Shown: positions 17,030 through 27,856, counted from the first letter of the stretch. The stretch is DNA of 64,000 bases from Candidatus Moraniibacteriota bacterium (GCA_013334575.1 JAAXXG010000001.1:208315-272314), one strand, 5' to 3'. Notes: generated from the sequence alone by a model not told the origin. Program-made: numbers and translations.

Positions 17030-18274
17030 TCATTTCTTCGGGGAAAATATGGCGTCCCATGCCGCCTCGTCGTCGCAGGAAAACCGGTCGTCCGGCGTAT
17101 AGAACCGGGCCGACGGACCGACGCATCCGCCATTGGCCACGTTCAGCCGGGCCAGGTACGGAATCAGGAATCCGACTCCCTTCGAATTGAAGTACGCGTG
17201 CAGGCGCGCCGTCGTCTCGTGACGAGCCTTCTCGTCCATCCTGGTAAAAACGCTCATGTCGTCGCCGATTTTTCCGCTCCAGTCGTAATGGACGAAGACG
17301 TTTTTAGCCTTGGTCCGGTACCGGTCGTTCCACAAGAGCGCCCAGCACCAATCCCCGGGCTTTTTCCACCACCGGGAGAAGCATGCTCCATCCTCGACCG
17401 TCCCGTCGGCCTTGAGTCCGACGCCGCCTTCGATGAAATCGAAGTTCGAGAGGTACGCCTCGTCGGTAATCTCGTTCGTCTGCGCGCCCACGTAGATCTT
17501 CATGCCGTGATATGCGGCGTACTCGCGCATCTCGGCAATGACGCCCGAAATCGGCGACTTCGAATGATCCGGCGTATCCTGCAGATACACCTGCCCAAAC
17601 ATGAAGACTTGCACGCCGCGATCGATCGCGCGCCGCGTAATATAGCGCAGATACGTCTGATATTCCTTACTCGGAAGATAGGGCTTACAGGTATGCTCCC
17701 CCCAGAAGTTCTTGGAACCGGGCCGGCACATGCGGTCGAAATCGAAATCACGGTTCTCGAAGGGGTAGAAGTAGTTCGCCTTGGTATCGATCGCCTCGGC
17801 AAGAAACATTCCGACCGTAAATCCGCTTCGAAGATCCTTCAGGTTCTCGTCGATATCCTTGAAATCCGGAGGAGCAAGCCAGGTTTCGATCGCCCGGTGA
17901 AGATAGTAACACTTCGAATCGTTGATAAGCTTCATCGTCTTACCATCACCGGGAAAGTCTCCGTTCAGAAGCCCGTCCGCGACGCATCCTCTGGTTTTCA
18001 TAAGGTCCATCGAAGGGTCCGCCGGAGGCGGTCCCAGCTCCTCGCCGAGAAGCCCTGTCACCTTGATCGGTTCCCCATCCGCATCTGTCGGCAGCGGAAC
18101 GGTATTCCCGGAAGATCCATCCGAATCGGATCCTCCGACAGTCATGTCCGCCTCGTCGGCAGCGCCGTTTCGATCAGAAAAGAACCGAAAAAAGGCATAC
18201 GACGAAACAACGACGACGAGAACCGCCGCGGATACGGCCAAAACGACTTTTTTGGGGACCGGGTGACGATACAT
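17030..18274 (-). CDS. Membrane-anchored exported protein, possible glycoside-hydrolase-like fold, hypothetical
   Basis: Start set at MYRHPVPKK followed by TM VVLAVSAAVLVVVVSS. Trp/Cys-rich extracytoplasmic domain. Annotation of the fold is a guess. Confidence 0.5.
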   Translation of the reverse strand: MYRHPVPKKVVLAVSAAVLVVVVSSYAFFRFFSDRNGAADEADMTVGGSDSDGSSGNTVPLPTDADGEPIKVTGLLGEELGPPPADPSMDLMKTRGCVADGLLNGDFPGDGKTMKLINDSKCYYLHRAIETWLAPPDFKDIDENLKDLRSGFTVGMFLAEAIDTKANYFYPFENRDFDFDRMCRPGSKNFWGEHTCKPYLPSKEYQTYLRYITRRAIDRGVQVFMFGQVYLQDTPDHSKSPISGVIAEMREYAAYHGMKIYVGAQTNEITDEAYLSNFDFIEGGVGLKADGTVEDGACFSRWWKKPGDWCWALLWNDRYRTKAKNVFVHYDWSGKIGDDMSVFTRMDEKARHETTARLHAYFNSKGVGFLIPYLARLNVANGGCVGPSARFYTPDDRFSCDDEAAWDAIFSPKK

Positions 18275-18353
18275 AGCGCTACCAGTATAACAGAAAACGG
18301 CCTCCTCGGTTTTCACCGGGAAGCCGTCGGCGGACCTGATGCCGAATATCCCC

Positions 18354-19016
18354 TTATTCTTCGACGGCCTTTCCCGCCGAATTCCCACGGCGAGATTCGT
18401 TCCGTTCCCGAAGAAGATGGTATACGCCCGGCAGGACCGAAATGACGATGATCGCAAGGACGATCGGCAACAGATAATGATCGATGTCCGGAATGGATGC
18501 GCCGAGGAAATAGCCGAGGAACGTGAGTCCTGCAGCCCAGATGACCGCGCCGATGACATTGTAAAGCATGAACTCGGAATACCCCATCCTCGCAACCCCG
18601 GCAAGGATCGCCGCGAACGTACGCACGACCGGAATGAACCGCGCGATCATGACCGTCTTGCCCCCGTACCGATTATAGAATCCTTCGGTCCGCACGACAT
18701 GCTCCTTTCGGAAGAACATGGAATCCTCCCGGGAGAAGAGCTTCGTACCGACACGACGTCCGAACTCGTACCCTGCCATGTTTCCGGCGACAGCGGCCAC
18801 GAACAGGACGAATGCCAGCAGTGCCGGATGAAAGAATCCCTGTGACGCCAGGAATCCCGCGACGAAGATGAGACTGTCCCCGGGAAGGAAGAACCCGAGA
18901 AAAAGCCCCGTCTCGGCAAAGACGATTCCGAACAATCCGACATATCCGACCGTCTTGATCACTTCGACCAGATCGACTCCGAAATATTCCATAGGTATAT
19001 CTTTATAATCACCCAT
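18354..19016 (-). CDS. DedA/SNARE-associated (VTT domain) membrane protein
   Basis: Characteristic DedA core (GLFLGFFLPGDSLIFVAGFLA ... FIPVVRTFAAILAG). Confidence 0.8.
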   Translation of the reverse strand: MGDYKDIPMEYFGVDLVEVIKTVGYVGLFGIVFAETGLFLGFFLPGDSLIFVAGFLASQGFFHPALLAFVLFVAAVAGNMAGYEFGRRVGTKLFSREDSMFFRKEHVVRTEGFYNRYGGKTVMIARFIPVVRTFAAILAGVARMGYSEFMLYNVIGAVIWAAGLTFLGYFLGASIPDIDHYLLPIVLAIIVISVLPGVYHLLRERNESRRGNSAGKAVEE

Positions 19017-21123
19017 CGACACGATCTCCGGCAAACTCGCGTTCCCGCAACTCGTCACGGAGCATGACCGAAAGTTTCGGTGTGATCATCTCGTTCTCGG
19101 TAAGCTCGTCGAGCTCCGCTTCCTCAGTCTTGAAAAGCCCCTTCCGGGCGAAGGCCTCGTTGATGGTCTCGAGCTCCTCCTTATGGGACTCGAACACGTC
19201 GTTCGCCTTCTCGGCCGCATGCCCGCGGAACTGCTTGTACTGGGAGATGACCTTCTCCAGGATAGCACGGTTCCCGAAGGTGTCGAATCCCGATCCCGAA
19301 AGGAACGACGAGAGATGGACGGTGACCTTCTTGGCGATGATCGACTGCGCACGATAGTATGCATATCGGTCGGCGACCGAGATTCCGGCAGACCTCTTCC
19401 CGAAAACGAGCTTCCGGAAGAATCCCACGAACTGCTCGATCCAGTCGTCACGGAACACCTCGTTGAGCGAAGCGATCTGGGTTTCGGCGTGTTCGACACG
19501 CTCCTGTTGTACGTCGAGTTTCGCAAGAATCCGCTTGAAGACCGGCTCGGTCACTTCTCCGTACCGGAAGAGAACCTTGAGGAAATGACGTTCTATACCG
19601 ACCGCATAGATGCGGAGCGCCTGCTCGGCACGCGCCGGATCGGACTCTGAAAAGAACTCCCGGCACCGCCCCTGCGATTCCTGGTACCCCGCGTCATGAT
19701 CCCTGCGCAGGACGTCGTAAACGCGCTGATCCACGTACCCGCGCTCGCGGAACCGGTCGAGCGCCGCGATGGCCTTCGTATGGATGAGCGACTTGGCCTG
19801 GTGATACTGGGCCTCCTCGAGCGCGTGCAGGCTTCCGACGCCAAGCCGGTTCATAAGCCGACTGATCGTCGTCGCCTTTATGAAGAGCGTGAAATAGACG
19901 CAACCGATGGTGAGCGCGGTCACGAACTCCTTGACCGAGAAGGTATAGTGCCAACCCGGCACCGTCGCGTCGTCCGGAATAAGCAGCACCATGATGACCG
20001 CGAGCGCCCCGCGAAGACTTCCCCACGAAAGCAGATGCTGCCAGCTCATAGGAATCTCCCGTTCCTTGCCGAGCCGGTTCAGAAACCCAACTACCGGATA
20101 GACGGAGACCGCCCGGCCGACCATGACCGCAAGGATCGTCAGGATGATGGGGACGAGGAACTGCTCGAACCGGATGGGAAGCGACGCGAACAGAAGTCCC
20201 ATGAGCAGAAAAACGAGCGAGTTCGAGACGAAGGCGAAATACCCCCAGAACTTTTCCATGTACTCCTCGACGCGCGGCGATATTTTGGCCCGACCATAGT
20301 TGCCGATCACCATGGCCGTCATGACCGTCGCGATGATGGAGGACAACCGGAACTCGATACCGAAGAAGTGCATATGTTCCGAAAGGACCTCGGAAAGCAG
20401 GAAGGTGAAGTGTGCCGAGAGCATGGTCAGTGTCACTTCCAGGTTCTCGTCGTCGGACACGAGACCGATCAACTTCGAGAAGAGCACGCCCATCAGAAGA
20501 CCGAACAGGACACCGCCCACGATCATTCCGAAAAACAGAAGCACCCCCTCGGCGATGGAACCGATACCGGAAAACCCCTTGAGAAGGACTTCCAGGACGA
20601 CCAGGAAGAGCGCGAACGAGGTTCCGTCATTGAAAAGGCTCTCACCTTCGAATAGGAGCGAAAGGCGCCTCGGCGCACCGTACTCCTTGAAGAGCGCCAG
20701 AACCGCCACCGGGTCCGTAGCCGATACAAGCGAACCGAAGAGGAGCGCGACGATGAACGGGATTTCGAAGCCGATGAATCGGAACAGGAAGAAGATCGCG
20801 ACCGCGATGAACGCCGCCGATACGACCAGACTGGCCACCGAAAGCCACGAGACCGCGCGCGCGTTGGCCGCAAGCTCGCGGATGTTCATGTTATACGCGG
20901 ACTCGAAGATAAGAATCGGCAGAAACACGAAGAAGAGCATCTCCGGCGTCAGGTCGAAATCCCTCAGGAAGGAAAGTGCGGGCAGATGGGTGACGGGCAC
21001 AAGCACTGTCCCGACCAGCACGAGAAGGACCGAGTACGGGACCCGGTATCGGCGCGAGACGGAATATACCGCGACGGAAACCAGCACCAAAGAGAAGAAC
21101 GCAAGAAACGGCTCTATCTGCAT
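19009..21123 (-). CDS. CPA1-family Na+/H+ antiporter with long C-terminal cytoplasmic regulatory domain
   Basis: 704 aa. 10-12 TM N-terminal domain with ATDPVAV motif. Large soluble C-terminal domain. Confidence 0.85.
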   Translation of the reverse strand: MQIEPFLAFFSLVLVSVAVYSVSRRYRVPYSVLLVLVGTVLVPVTHLPALSFLRDFDLTPEMLFFVFLPILIFESAYNMNIRELAANARAVSWLSVASLVVSAAFIAVAIFFLFRFIGFEIPFIVALLFGSLVSATDPVAVLALFKEYGAPRRLSLLFEGESLFNDGTSFALFLVVLEVLLKGFSGIGSIAEGVLLFFGMIVGGVLFGLLMGVLFSKLIGLVSDDENLEVTLTMLSAHFTFLLSEVLSEHMHFFGIEFRLSSIIATVMTAMVIGNYGRAKISPRVEEYMEKFWGYFAFVSNSLVFLLMGLLFASLPIRFEQFLVPIILTILAVMVGRAVSVYPVVGFLNRLGKEREIPMSWQHLLSWGSLRGALAVIMVLLIPDDATVPGWHYTFSVKEFVTALTIGCVYFTLFIKATTISRLMNRLGVGSLHALEEAQYHQAKSLIHTKAIAALDRFRERGYVDQRVYDVLRRDHDAGYQESQGRCREFFSESDPARAEQALRIYAVGIERHFLKVLFRYGEVTEPVFKRILAKLDVQQERVEHAETQIASLNEVFRDDWIEQFVGFFRKLVFGKRSAGISVADRYAYYRAQSIIAKKVTVHLSSFLSGSGFDTFGNRAILEKVISQYKQFRGHAAEKANDVFESHKEELETINEAFARKGLFKTEEAELDELTENEMITPKLSVMLRDELREREFAGDRVDG

Positions 21124-21230
21124 AGTCGATCATTCAATGAAAAGCCGCCGACGGAAACGTCAGCGACCGGCGGATCGCCGAAAGACACGGATATGATATG
21201 CCAGGGGTCCGACAGTGTCAACGGAATCGG

Positions 21231-21254
21231 AAAACGCCCCTCTCGGGGCGTTTT
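21231..21254 (-). terminator. Palindromic A/T-flanked hairpin terminator downstream of rplL (potentially bidirectional)
   Basis: aaaacgcccc-tctc-ggggcgtttt perfect stem with A/U tracts on both sides. Confidence 0.55.
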
Positions 21255-21280
21255 CGGGACATGCGGTCGGAATGAAAATA

Positions 21281-21688
21281 CTACTTGAGGGTCACGGTCG
21301 CGCCGGCCGCCTCGAGCTTCTTCTTCATCTCCTCGGCTTCCGCCTTGGCGACCTTCTCCTTGATCACCTTCGGTGCGCCGTCGACGAGATCCTTCGCCTC
21401 CTTGAGACCGAGGCCCGTCACCTCACGGACCGTCTTGATCACGTTGATCTTCTGGTCACCCGCCGCGACGAGCTCGACATCGAAGTCGGTCTTCTCCTCG
21501 GCCGCTTCGGCCGCACCGCCAGCAGCCGGCATGGCACCCATCATGACGGGAGCCGCCGCCGACACGCCGAACTTCTCCTCGAGCACCGAAACGAGCTCGG
21601 AAAGATCGAGCACGCTCATCTTTTCGATCTCCTCGACGAGCTTCGCGAACTTCTCCGGCACCACCACTTCCTTCTTCTCCTCGGACAT
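21281..21688 (-). CDS. rplL: 50S ribosomal protein L7/L12
   Basis: 135 aa. Ala-rich hinge and conserved C-terminal domain ([24 protein letters not shown]...). Confidence 0.92.
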   Translation of the reverse strand: MSEEKKEVVVPEKFAKLVEEIEKMSVLDLSELVSVLEEKFGVSAAAPVMMGAMPAAGGAAEAAEEKTDFDVELVAAGDQKINVIKTVREVTGLGLKEAKDLVDGAPKVIKEKVAKAEAEEMKKKLEAAGATVTLK

Positions 21689-21742
21689 AGTCTTCTTCTT
21701 ACCTGATTACCGACTGATTATGATACCGACAACCGAAAAAAC

Positions 21743-22264
21743 CTACTTCCGACTCTCCGCCACGGCGCCCAGCACCCGGACGAATCCGCCGTACGTACCG
21801 GACAGGGCCCGTACGAACGAGGATACCGGAGCCTGAAGCGTTCCCGCGAGGCGGGCCCGCATCTCGTCCTTCGACGGGAGTTTCGCGAGAGCGTTCACCT
21901 CCGCCGCCGAAAGGGACTTCCCCTCGAGAGCTCCGCCGACGATCGAGAGCTTCACCTCTTTGTTCACCTTCACGAAGTCGGCGATCGTCTTGGCAGCCGA
22001 GACCTCGTCCGGAGCGAACGCGACGCCGATCTGCCCCTCGAGCTTCCGGGCATCCACCTCGATTCCCGCCTCGCGAAGCGCGATGTCGAGAATAGTCTTC
22101 TTGAGGATCTTGAAACGCGATCCACCTTTGCGAAGCTCCCCGCGAAGCGCGGAAAGCTGCTTTACGGTCACACCCTTGTAGTCAGAAAAGACGAGCGACT
22201 TCGCCGCTTTCGCCTCCGTCACGACTTCCGAAAGGAGTGCTTCCTTTTCTGTCCTTCTCATCAT
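21743..22264 (-). CDS. rplJ: 50S ribosomal protein L10
   Basis: 173 aa with L10 N-terminal pattern (KEALLSEVVTEAKAAKSLVFSDYKGVTV). Immediately upstream of rplL. Confidence 0.9.
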   Translation of the reverse strand: MMRRTEKEALLSEVVTEAKAAKSLVFSDYKGVTVKQLSALRGELRKGGSRFKILKKTILDIALREAGIEVDARKLEGQIGVAFAPDEVSAAKTIADFVKVNKEVKLSIVGGALEGKSLSAAEVNALAKLPSKDEMRARLAGTLQAPVSSFVRALSGTYGGFVRVLGAVAESRK

Positions 22265-22433
22265 AGGCCTTTCCGATAAAAAATCCGCGGACGAGCCGCA
22301 GACAAGGAGTCCCCGAAACGGGGCGACATCCTCGTGAGGACTTCCGCAGGTTTCCCTGCCGCCTCATGTCTACGGAATCGATATCGCTTTTATATGGGCC
22401 GAGTATAGCGCCGTCGGCCCCCGCTGTCAACCG

Positions 22434-22772
22434 CTACTCCGCCGCAGAGGTCTCTTCCGCCTTCGCTTCACCGGACTCGGACGGAGCCTCCTCTTCCTTC
22501 TTCACCGGGCGAGGCATCTTGATCGCCGACTTCTTGCCCTCGATGACTCCCTGGGAAACGAGCAGGTTGCGGACCGAATCGGACGGCTGTGCACCGACGC
22601 CGATCCAGTGCAGGATGCGCTCGCGCTTCAGGACCGTAGTCTTGGAATGGGGGTCGTGGCTTCCGAGCACCTCTACATGCCGATGATTCGGCGCTTTGGC
22701 GCTTTCCTGGAGAACGATACGGAACGACGCGCGATTCTTCTTGCCGGTACGGTTGAAACGGATGGTGAGCAT
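22434..22772 (-). CDS. rpsP: 30S ribosomal protein S16 with Lys/Glu-rich C-terminal extension
   Basis: MLTIRFNRTGKKNRASFRIVLQESAKAPNHRHVEVLGSHDP matches bS16. Extra about 35-aa acidic/basic tail. Confidence 0.85.
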   Translation of the reverse strand: MLTIRFNRTGKKNRASFRIVLQESAKAPNHRHVEVLGSHDPHSKTTVLKRERILHWIGVGAQPSDSVRNLLVSQGVIEGKKSAIKMPRPVKKEEEAPSESGEAKAEETSAAE

Positions 22773-22840
22773 ACGGGGAGAAAAACAAAAAAGACGGTCA
22801 CGACTATCGGAAATCATCATACCGCGACTCGAAAACCCTG

Positions 22841-25138
22841 TCAAGAAGCGGTTTTCTTCCCGGCGCCGCGGAACTTCTCGATATCCTCGAGATGGAGCGA
22901 GAGGATCTGAGACGATCCGTCGTCTCCCATCGTAACCCCGTACAGAAGGCTTGCCTGACGCATCGTCTCGCGGTTGTGCGTGATGACGATGAACTGCGTC
23001 CGCTCCGAAAGTTCCGAGAGAACCTTCCCGAAACGGCGGGAATTCGCCTCATCGAGAGCGGCTTCGACTTCGTCAAGAACGGCAAACGGCGGCGGATTAT
23101 GCGAGATGATGGCGAACAGGAGCGCTAGCGAGGTCAGGGAACGCTCACCGCCCGAAAGCATCGAAAGGTTGGAGATCCGCTTCCCGGGTGGACACGCCGT
23201 GATCTCGATCCCGGCCGCCTCCTGCGAAGCGACATCCTCCCCGTCCGCCGGCTCGCCGTCATCGTCAACTCGGACCGTTTTCCGTTTCGGAGCGATCCGA
23301 ACGAGTTCGGCCTTGCCGCCGTTGAAGATGAGAGAGAAATAATGGCTGAATTTTCTGGCTATCTCGTCGAAGGCCGCGGAGAACTCCTTCTCGATGCGCT
23401 CGTCCATCTCGCGGATGACCTCCTCGAGCGAGGCCATGGCTTTCCTGAGATCTTCGGACTCCGTCGAAAGGAACGTAAAACGCTTCTCAGTCTCCTCGTA
23501 TTCCTGCGCGACCAGCGGATCGATGGCTCCGATACGTTCCGCCTCCCCCTTAAGCCGGATAATCTCACGCATGAGCGCATCGCGGTCGCGGGGATTCCCA
23601 TCCCAGGCGAGATCCCGCACGTCGACCGACAGTTCCTCGCGCACCTCGTTCACCAGGTCTTCCTCGCGCACCTCGATCCGAGCCAATCGGACCTTCACGT
23701 CGTTCAGACGGTCCTTCGCGGCGGACAGCTCCCGTTCCTTGTCCCGAACCTGCCTCTCGAGCAGAAAATACCGTTCACGCGCCTCGCGTCCCTTCTCCCG
23801 TTCGGCCCGGATCCGTTCCTCGGCCGCCGCGATATCGGCACGGAGCGCTTCCATTCTTTCGGAACTTTCCTTCTGCTCCTTTCGGAACGCGGCAATCCTC
23901 GAATCGCTTTGACGCTTCTCATCCTCGGGAAGAGAGATGGTCACCTTCTCGGTCACCTTCCCCGCCTCGACCTTGGTATCGAGATCGACCACCTCCTGAC
24001 CGATGGCACGGGCGAACTCGCGGATATCCTGTATGTCCTCGAGCCGTTCGACGTTGCCGAGACGTTCGAACAGGCTCCGCTGGTTCGCGCCGATGCGTTC
24101 GAGGGACTTGCGGATATATCCGAGGTCGACCGGAATGGTACGCACTTCCTCGCGGTCCTTCTGCCGGTCGAGCTCCGCCTCGATCCTGCCGGAAAGGATA
24201 GCCGCATCGCGTTCGAGCGCGTTCAGCTCACCGCGGGATTTCGCGATATCCTGGGAGACCGAATCCGCACTCCCCCCGTCCTCGAGCGTCTTCGCCAGTC
24301 CCGCCGCCTCGTCACGGAGCGTGTCCGTCTCACGCTCGAGTGACGCCGCCCGACGAGCCAGATCCTCGCGTTCTTCCGAGAGTCCCCCACGCTCCCCTTG
24401 AAAGGAATGCCAGAGATATCCGTACAGTTCGGTCTGCTTCGCGAGCAGCCGTTCGGCGACATCCTTCCCCTGGGAAAATCGCTCCGCCTGCCGACGGAGA
24501 ATCCGAAGGTGCGGTTCGATTTCGACCAGAAGCGCGTCGACACGGGACAGATTCTCCTTCGTCGACTCGAGCTTCCGTACCGCACGCTCCTTCTGGATCT
24601 GATACTGCTTCACGCCCGCGGCGTCCTCGAAAATCGCGCGCCGTTCGACCGGCGTCGCCGAGAGCGTCGCGTCGCTCATGCCCTGCGTGATGACGCAGTA
24701 GCTGTCCTTACCGATGCCGGACTTCGCCAGAAGGTCGACGATATCGAGCAACCTAACCTTCGCGCCGTTTATCAGGAACTCACTCTCGCCGCTTCGGTGA
24801 AGTTTCCGTCGAATGGCGACCTCCTCGTATTCGATCGGGATACGATGATCGCGATTCTCGAAATGAAGCGTCACCGAGGCGCTTCCCACCTTTCCCCGCT
24901 TCGCGGTCCCGCCGAAAATCACGTCCTCGGACTTCTTGCCGCGGAGATTCTTGGATGACTGCTCGCCGATCGCCCAACGGATCGCGTCGGCGACGTTGGA
25001 CTTGCCGGACCCGTTCGGTCCGACGATCGCGGTAATACCGAGACGGCGCTCGGCCCCCTCGCCGTCCGGCGAAAAATCGAGGACCGTACGGTCCGCGAAC
25101 GACTTGAATCCGGAAATTTCGACTTTACGGAGAAACAC
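22841..25138 (-). CDS. smc: SMC-like chromosome segregation ATPase, short form without recognisable hinge
   Basis: Head motifs: Walker A GPNGSGKSN, signature LSGGERSL, Walker B FAVLDEVEAALD. About 440 aa uninterrupted coiled-coil between the heads. No globular Gly-rich hinge and no CxxC hook. Confidence 0.8.
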   Translation of the reverse strand: MFLRKVEISGFKSFADRTVLDFSPDGEGAERRLGITAIVGPNGSGKSNVADAIRWAIGEQSSKNLRGKKSEDVIFGGTAKRGKVGSASVTLHFENRDHRIPIEYEEVAIRRKLHRSGESEFLINGAKVRLLDIVDLLAKSGIGKDSYCVITQGMSDATLSATPVERRAIFEDAAGVKQYQIQKERAVRKLESTKENLSRVDALLVEIEPHLRILRRQAERFSQGKDVAERLLAKQTELYGYLWHSFQGERGGLSEEREDLARRAASLERETDTLRDEAAGLAKTLEDGGSADSVSQDIAKSRGELNALERDAAILSGRIEAELDRQKDREEVRTIPVDLGYIRKSLERIGANQRSLFERLGNVERLEDIQDIREFARAIGQEVVDLDTKVEAGKVTEKVTISLPEDEKRQSDSRIAAFRKEQKESSERMEALRADIAAAEERIRAEREKGREARERYFLLERQVRDKERELSAAKDRLNDVKVRLARIEVREEDLVNEVREELSVDVRDLAWDGNPRDRDALMREIIRLKGEAERIGAIDPLVAQEYEETEKRFTFLSTESEDLRKAMASLEEVIREMDERIEKEFSAAFDEIARKFSHYFSLIFNGGKAELVRIAPKRKTVRVDDDGEPADGEDVASQEAAGIEITACPPGKRISNLSMLSGGERSLTSLALLFAIISHNPPPFAVLDEVEAALDEANSRRFGKVLSELSERTQFIVITHNRETMRQASLLYGVTMGDDGSSQILSLHLEDIEKFRGAGKKTAS

Positions 25139-25309
25139 GGATGAGAATCGAAAAATTACGAGGAAGGCTTCGAAATACGGAAATGGACGCCGTCATCCCG
25201 CTTCAATCACAGTATACCAGAAAGAATCCGAAGCCTCCAGAAAAGCAAAAAAACGAGGCTTTCACCCCGTTACCGCCTTCCGTTTCAGGATCAGAAAATC
25301 CGAATACGC

Positions 25310-26008
25310 TTATCCCCAGCCCTTCGCGGCGATGGCCGCGGCGGCAGCGGCACGCTGAGCCTCCTGTTTGGACGCGCCCTCGCCCTCGGCGACGAGTGTC
25401 TCGTTCAGGAAGACTCCGGCCGTAAAATGTCGATCATGATCGGGCCCCCATTCCTTGAGCACCCGGTACGACGGGGTGATGCCGGTCTTCTCCTGGGAGA
25501 GTTCCTGGAACCGGCTCTTGGGATCGGTATGCAGCCCCGCCTCGATGACGCGCGGGAGTTCGGAAATCACATTGCGCTCGATGAAGACCCGGGCAGCCCC
25601 GTATCCCTGATCGAGATAGAGCGCTCCGATGACCGCCTCGATCGCGTTGGCGAGCAGCCACATGCGCGCACGACCGGTATCCTTGGCCTCCCCCCTGCTC
25701 ATGAGCAGGAAATCCCCGAGCCCAAGTCTGCCGGCGATCTCGGCGAGAATCTCTCCGTTGACGATCGATGCCCGGAAACTTGTCAGTTCCCCCTCCGGAT
25801 TCGGATAGTGACGGTACAGGTAATCGGTCACGACCAGCTCCAAAACCGCATCGCCGAGAAACTCGAGACGCTCGTTATGGTCGAGCCGGTATCCGCGGTG
25901 TTCGTTGAGATATGAACGATGAGTGACGGATTCCTGAAACAGGTCGGCATCGATGACTTCGATCCCGAGCGCCTCCGAGAACCGTTTCGCGTCGAATTCC
26001 GTATTCAT
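25310..26008 (-). CDS. rnc: Ribonuclease III
   Basis: RNase III signature ERLEFLGDAVLELVVTDYLY. C-terminal dsRBD. Confidence 0.92.
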   Translation of the reverse strand: MNTEFDAKRFSEALGIEVIDADLFQESVTHRSYLNEHRGYRLDHNERLEFLGDAVLELVVTDYLYRHYPNPEGELTSFRASIVNGEILAEIAGRLGLGDFLLMSRGEAKDTGRARMWLLANAIEAVIGALYLDQGYGAARVFIERNVISELPRVIEAGLHTDPKSRFQELSQEKTGITPSYRVLKEWGPDHDRHFTAGVFLNETLVAEGEGASKQEAQRAAAAAAIAAKGWG

Positions 26009-26029
26009 ACCGAGAATCTCTCAGAAGAT

Positions 26030-26602
26030 TCAGTCCTGCGCCGCTTCCTTTTCGGAAGCCGAATCCACCTCGGCGGACACACCGCCCTCGGCCGCGCCTC
26101 CCGCTCCCACGGACTCCGCTTCCTCCCGAAGGCTATCCACACGCGCCTTTCGCTTTTCCGAGGAATCGTCCTTCATCGGCTCTCCCATCTCACGATAGAT
26201 GGTACCAAGCACGCCGTTGACGAACTTCGGCGAGCTGTCGGAACCGAACGACTTCGCGAGTTCGATAGATTCGTTGATAGCGACCTTCGGCGGCACCTCA
26301 TCGTAGTCACCGTAGAGGAGTTCGAAGATACCGAGCCGGAGTATCGTCCGGTCGACCGAAGCGATCTGCTCGAGCGGCCATTCAGGCGCGCACTTCTCTA
26401 TAAGCCGGTCTATAGTCGCCTGTTCCTTGACGACACCCTCCGTGAGGCGCGATGCGAATCCGCCACCGCCCTCGAGCCCGGGAGCGAACTCGTCCAGGTT
26501 ATGCTTCACGATATCCATGATGACATCGTTCGGATACCCCTTGAAATCCCATTCGTAGAGGGACTGCATCGCTACGGAACGCTGAAGGTGTCGGTTCGCC
26601 AT
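26030..26602 (-). CDS. nusB: Transcription antitermination factor NusB (with acidic C-terminal tail)
   Basis: NusB fold motifs ([17 protein letters not shown] ... [14 protein letters not shown]). Confidence 0.85.
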   Translation of the reverse strand: MANRHLQRSVAMQSLYEWDFKGYPNDVIMDIVKHNLDEFAPGLEGGGGFASRLTEGVVKEQATIDRLIEKCAPEWPLEQIASVDRTILRLGIFELLYGDYDEVPPKVAINESIELAKSFGSDSSPKFVNGVLGTIYREMGEPMKDDSSEKRKARVDSLREEAESVGAGGAAEGGVSAEVDSASEKEAAQD

Positions 26603-26661
26603 ACGGAAGGGACGGTTAGCCTCTTGTTAGTGTTTTTTCGAAAAACGAGTGTCGGGACAGG

Positions 26662-26877
26662 CTACTCCGCCTGCTTCTTTGACTTCCTTCCGAGTGTCGG
26701 AAGAGACTTCTTGACGACGGCGCGACCACGGTACTCCCCGCACTTCTGACAAGCGCGATGAGGAACGACTGGTGTACCGCACTTCGGACAAGAAACGGTC
26801 TGAGTCGGGGTCATTTCGAGCTCTCGACGCGCGCGATCGCGACGGTGTCTCGTGTGTCTCTGCTTCGGCAGTGCCAT
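26662..26877 (-). CDS. rpmF: 50S ribosomal protein L32 with C-terminal extension
   Basis: MALPKQRHTRHRRDRARR ... CPKCG...HRACQKCG zinc-ribbon bL32 pattern. Start at internal Met of the ORF-track entry. Confidence 0.75.
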   Translation of the reverse strand: MALPKQRHTRHRRDRARRELEMTPTQTVSCPKCGTPVVPHRACQKCGEYRGRAVVKKSLPTLGRKSKKQAE

Positions 26878-26986
26878 AACGGGAACGAAAATGATAAACG
26901 CGGGCTCTCGGCCCTTTCGAAAATAAAGTACCATCCGTCGGCCATCTTGGCAAGCGTCGGAATGGAATGCGTGACTGGGAGGCGTG

Positions 26987-27856
26987 CTATGACGACATTC
27001 CGGGAAGCGTGCGGTCCGAATCGGGTCCGTACCCCTTCATGAATCCGTCCAGGATCGAAAGGAGCCGCCTCGTGACCGGACCGACCTCGCCGGAACCGAT
27101 GGAAAGCGCATTTACCTGGGTTATCGGGACGATCATCTTGTTTGATGCCGTCAGGAACGCTTCGTCGCAGGACCGGAGATCGTCTTCGAACAGGCCATGC
27201 TCGCGGACCGGTATTCCGGCACCCTTCGCCAGCCGTACGACGAGATCGCGCGTGATTCCGGAACGCGGCCCGTGACCGGTCGTCCGGATCTCCCCGTCCT
27301 TGACGATGAAGAAGTTGCTCGTCGACGCCTCGAGGATGCGCCCGCCATGCACATATAGGATTTCCACCGCGCCTTCGGCGAGTTTCCGCTCGCGCTCCCG
27401 GACCGGAACGATGAAGTCGGCCGTCCGCGAACTCGGCAACGTCCGGCGGTATCCGAGCGTGATGACCTTACCCCCTTTCTCGTAGAGCTCCCGGGGCAGC
27501 GGTGCGGTCTCTTCCACCATCATACAGAACGTCTCGTTTCCTTCCGGAAGAAACCCGTTCCCGCTGGGACCGCCGGAAAGCACGGTCCGGACGATCATAG
27601 TCTCGTAGTCATGTCGGCGGATGAGGTCCCTGGCGATGTCATGTGCCTCGTCGGATGCGACCGGAGGCGTAAGCCCGAGGTCAGCCGCGGACCGCTCGAA
27701 CCGCTTCCAATGATCCTCGAAGAGAAACGGTTCGCCGTTGACAACCGGCATCACGTCGTAAACGGCATAGCCTCTCAGAAAGCCGAGGTCGCGCGGACTG
27801 ATGACGACCTCATCGAGCGATACGGTCTTCCCGTTGAAATGGCAGTATTCCGCCAT
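26987..27856 (-). CDS. Class IV aminotransferase (branched-chain amino acid / D-amino acid aminotransferase family)
   Basis: 289 aa. Fold-type IV motifs (LRGYAVYDVMPV..., ...FLTASNKMIVPIT). Confidence 0.8.
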   Translation of the reverse strand: MAEYCHFNGKTVSLDEVVISPRDLGFLRGYAVYDVMPVVNGEPFLFEDHWKRFERSAADLGLTPPVASDEAHDIARDLIRRHDYETMIVRTVLSGGPSGNGFLPEGNETFCMMVEETAPLPRELYEKGGKVITLGYRRTLPSSRTADFIVPVRERERKLAEGAVEILYVHGGRILEASTSNFFIVKDGEIRTTGHGPRSGITRDLVVRLAKGAGIPVREHGLFEDDLRSCDEAFLTASNKMIVPITQVNALSIGSGEVGPVTRRLLSILDGFMKGYGPDSDRTLPGMSS

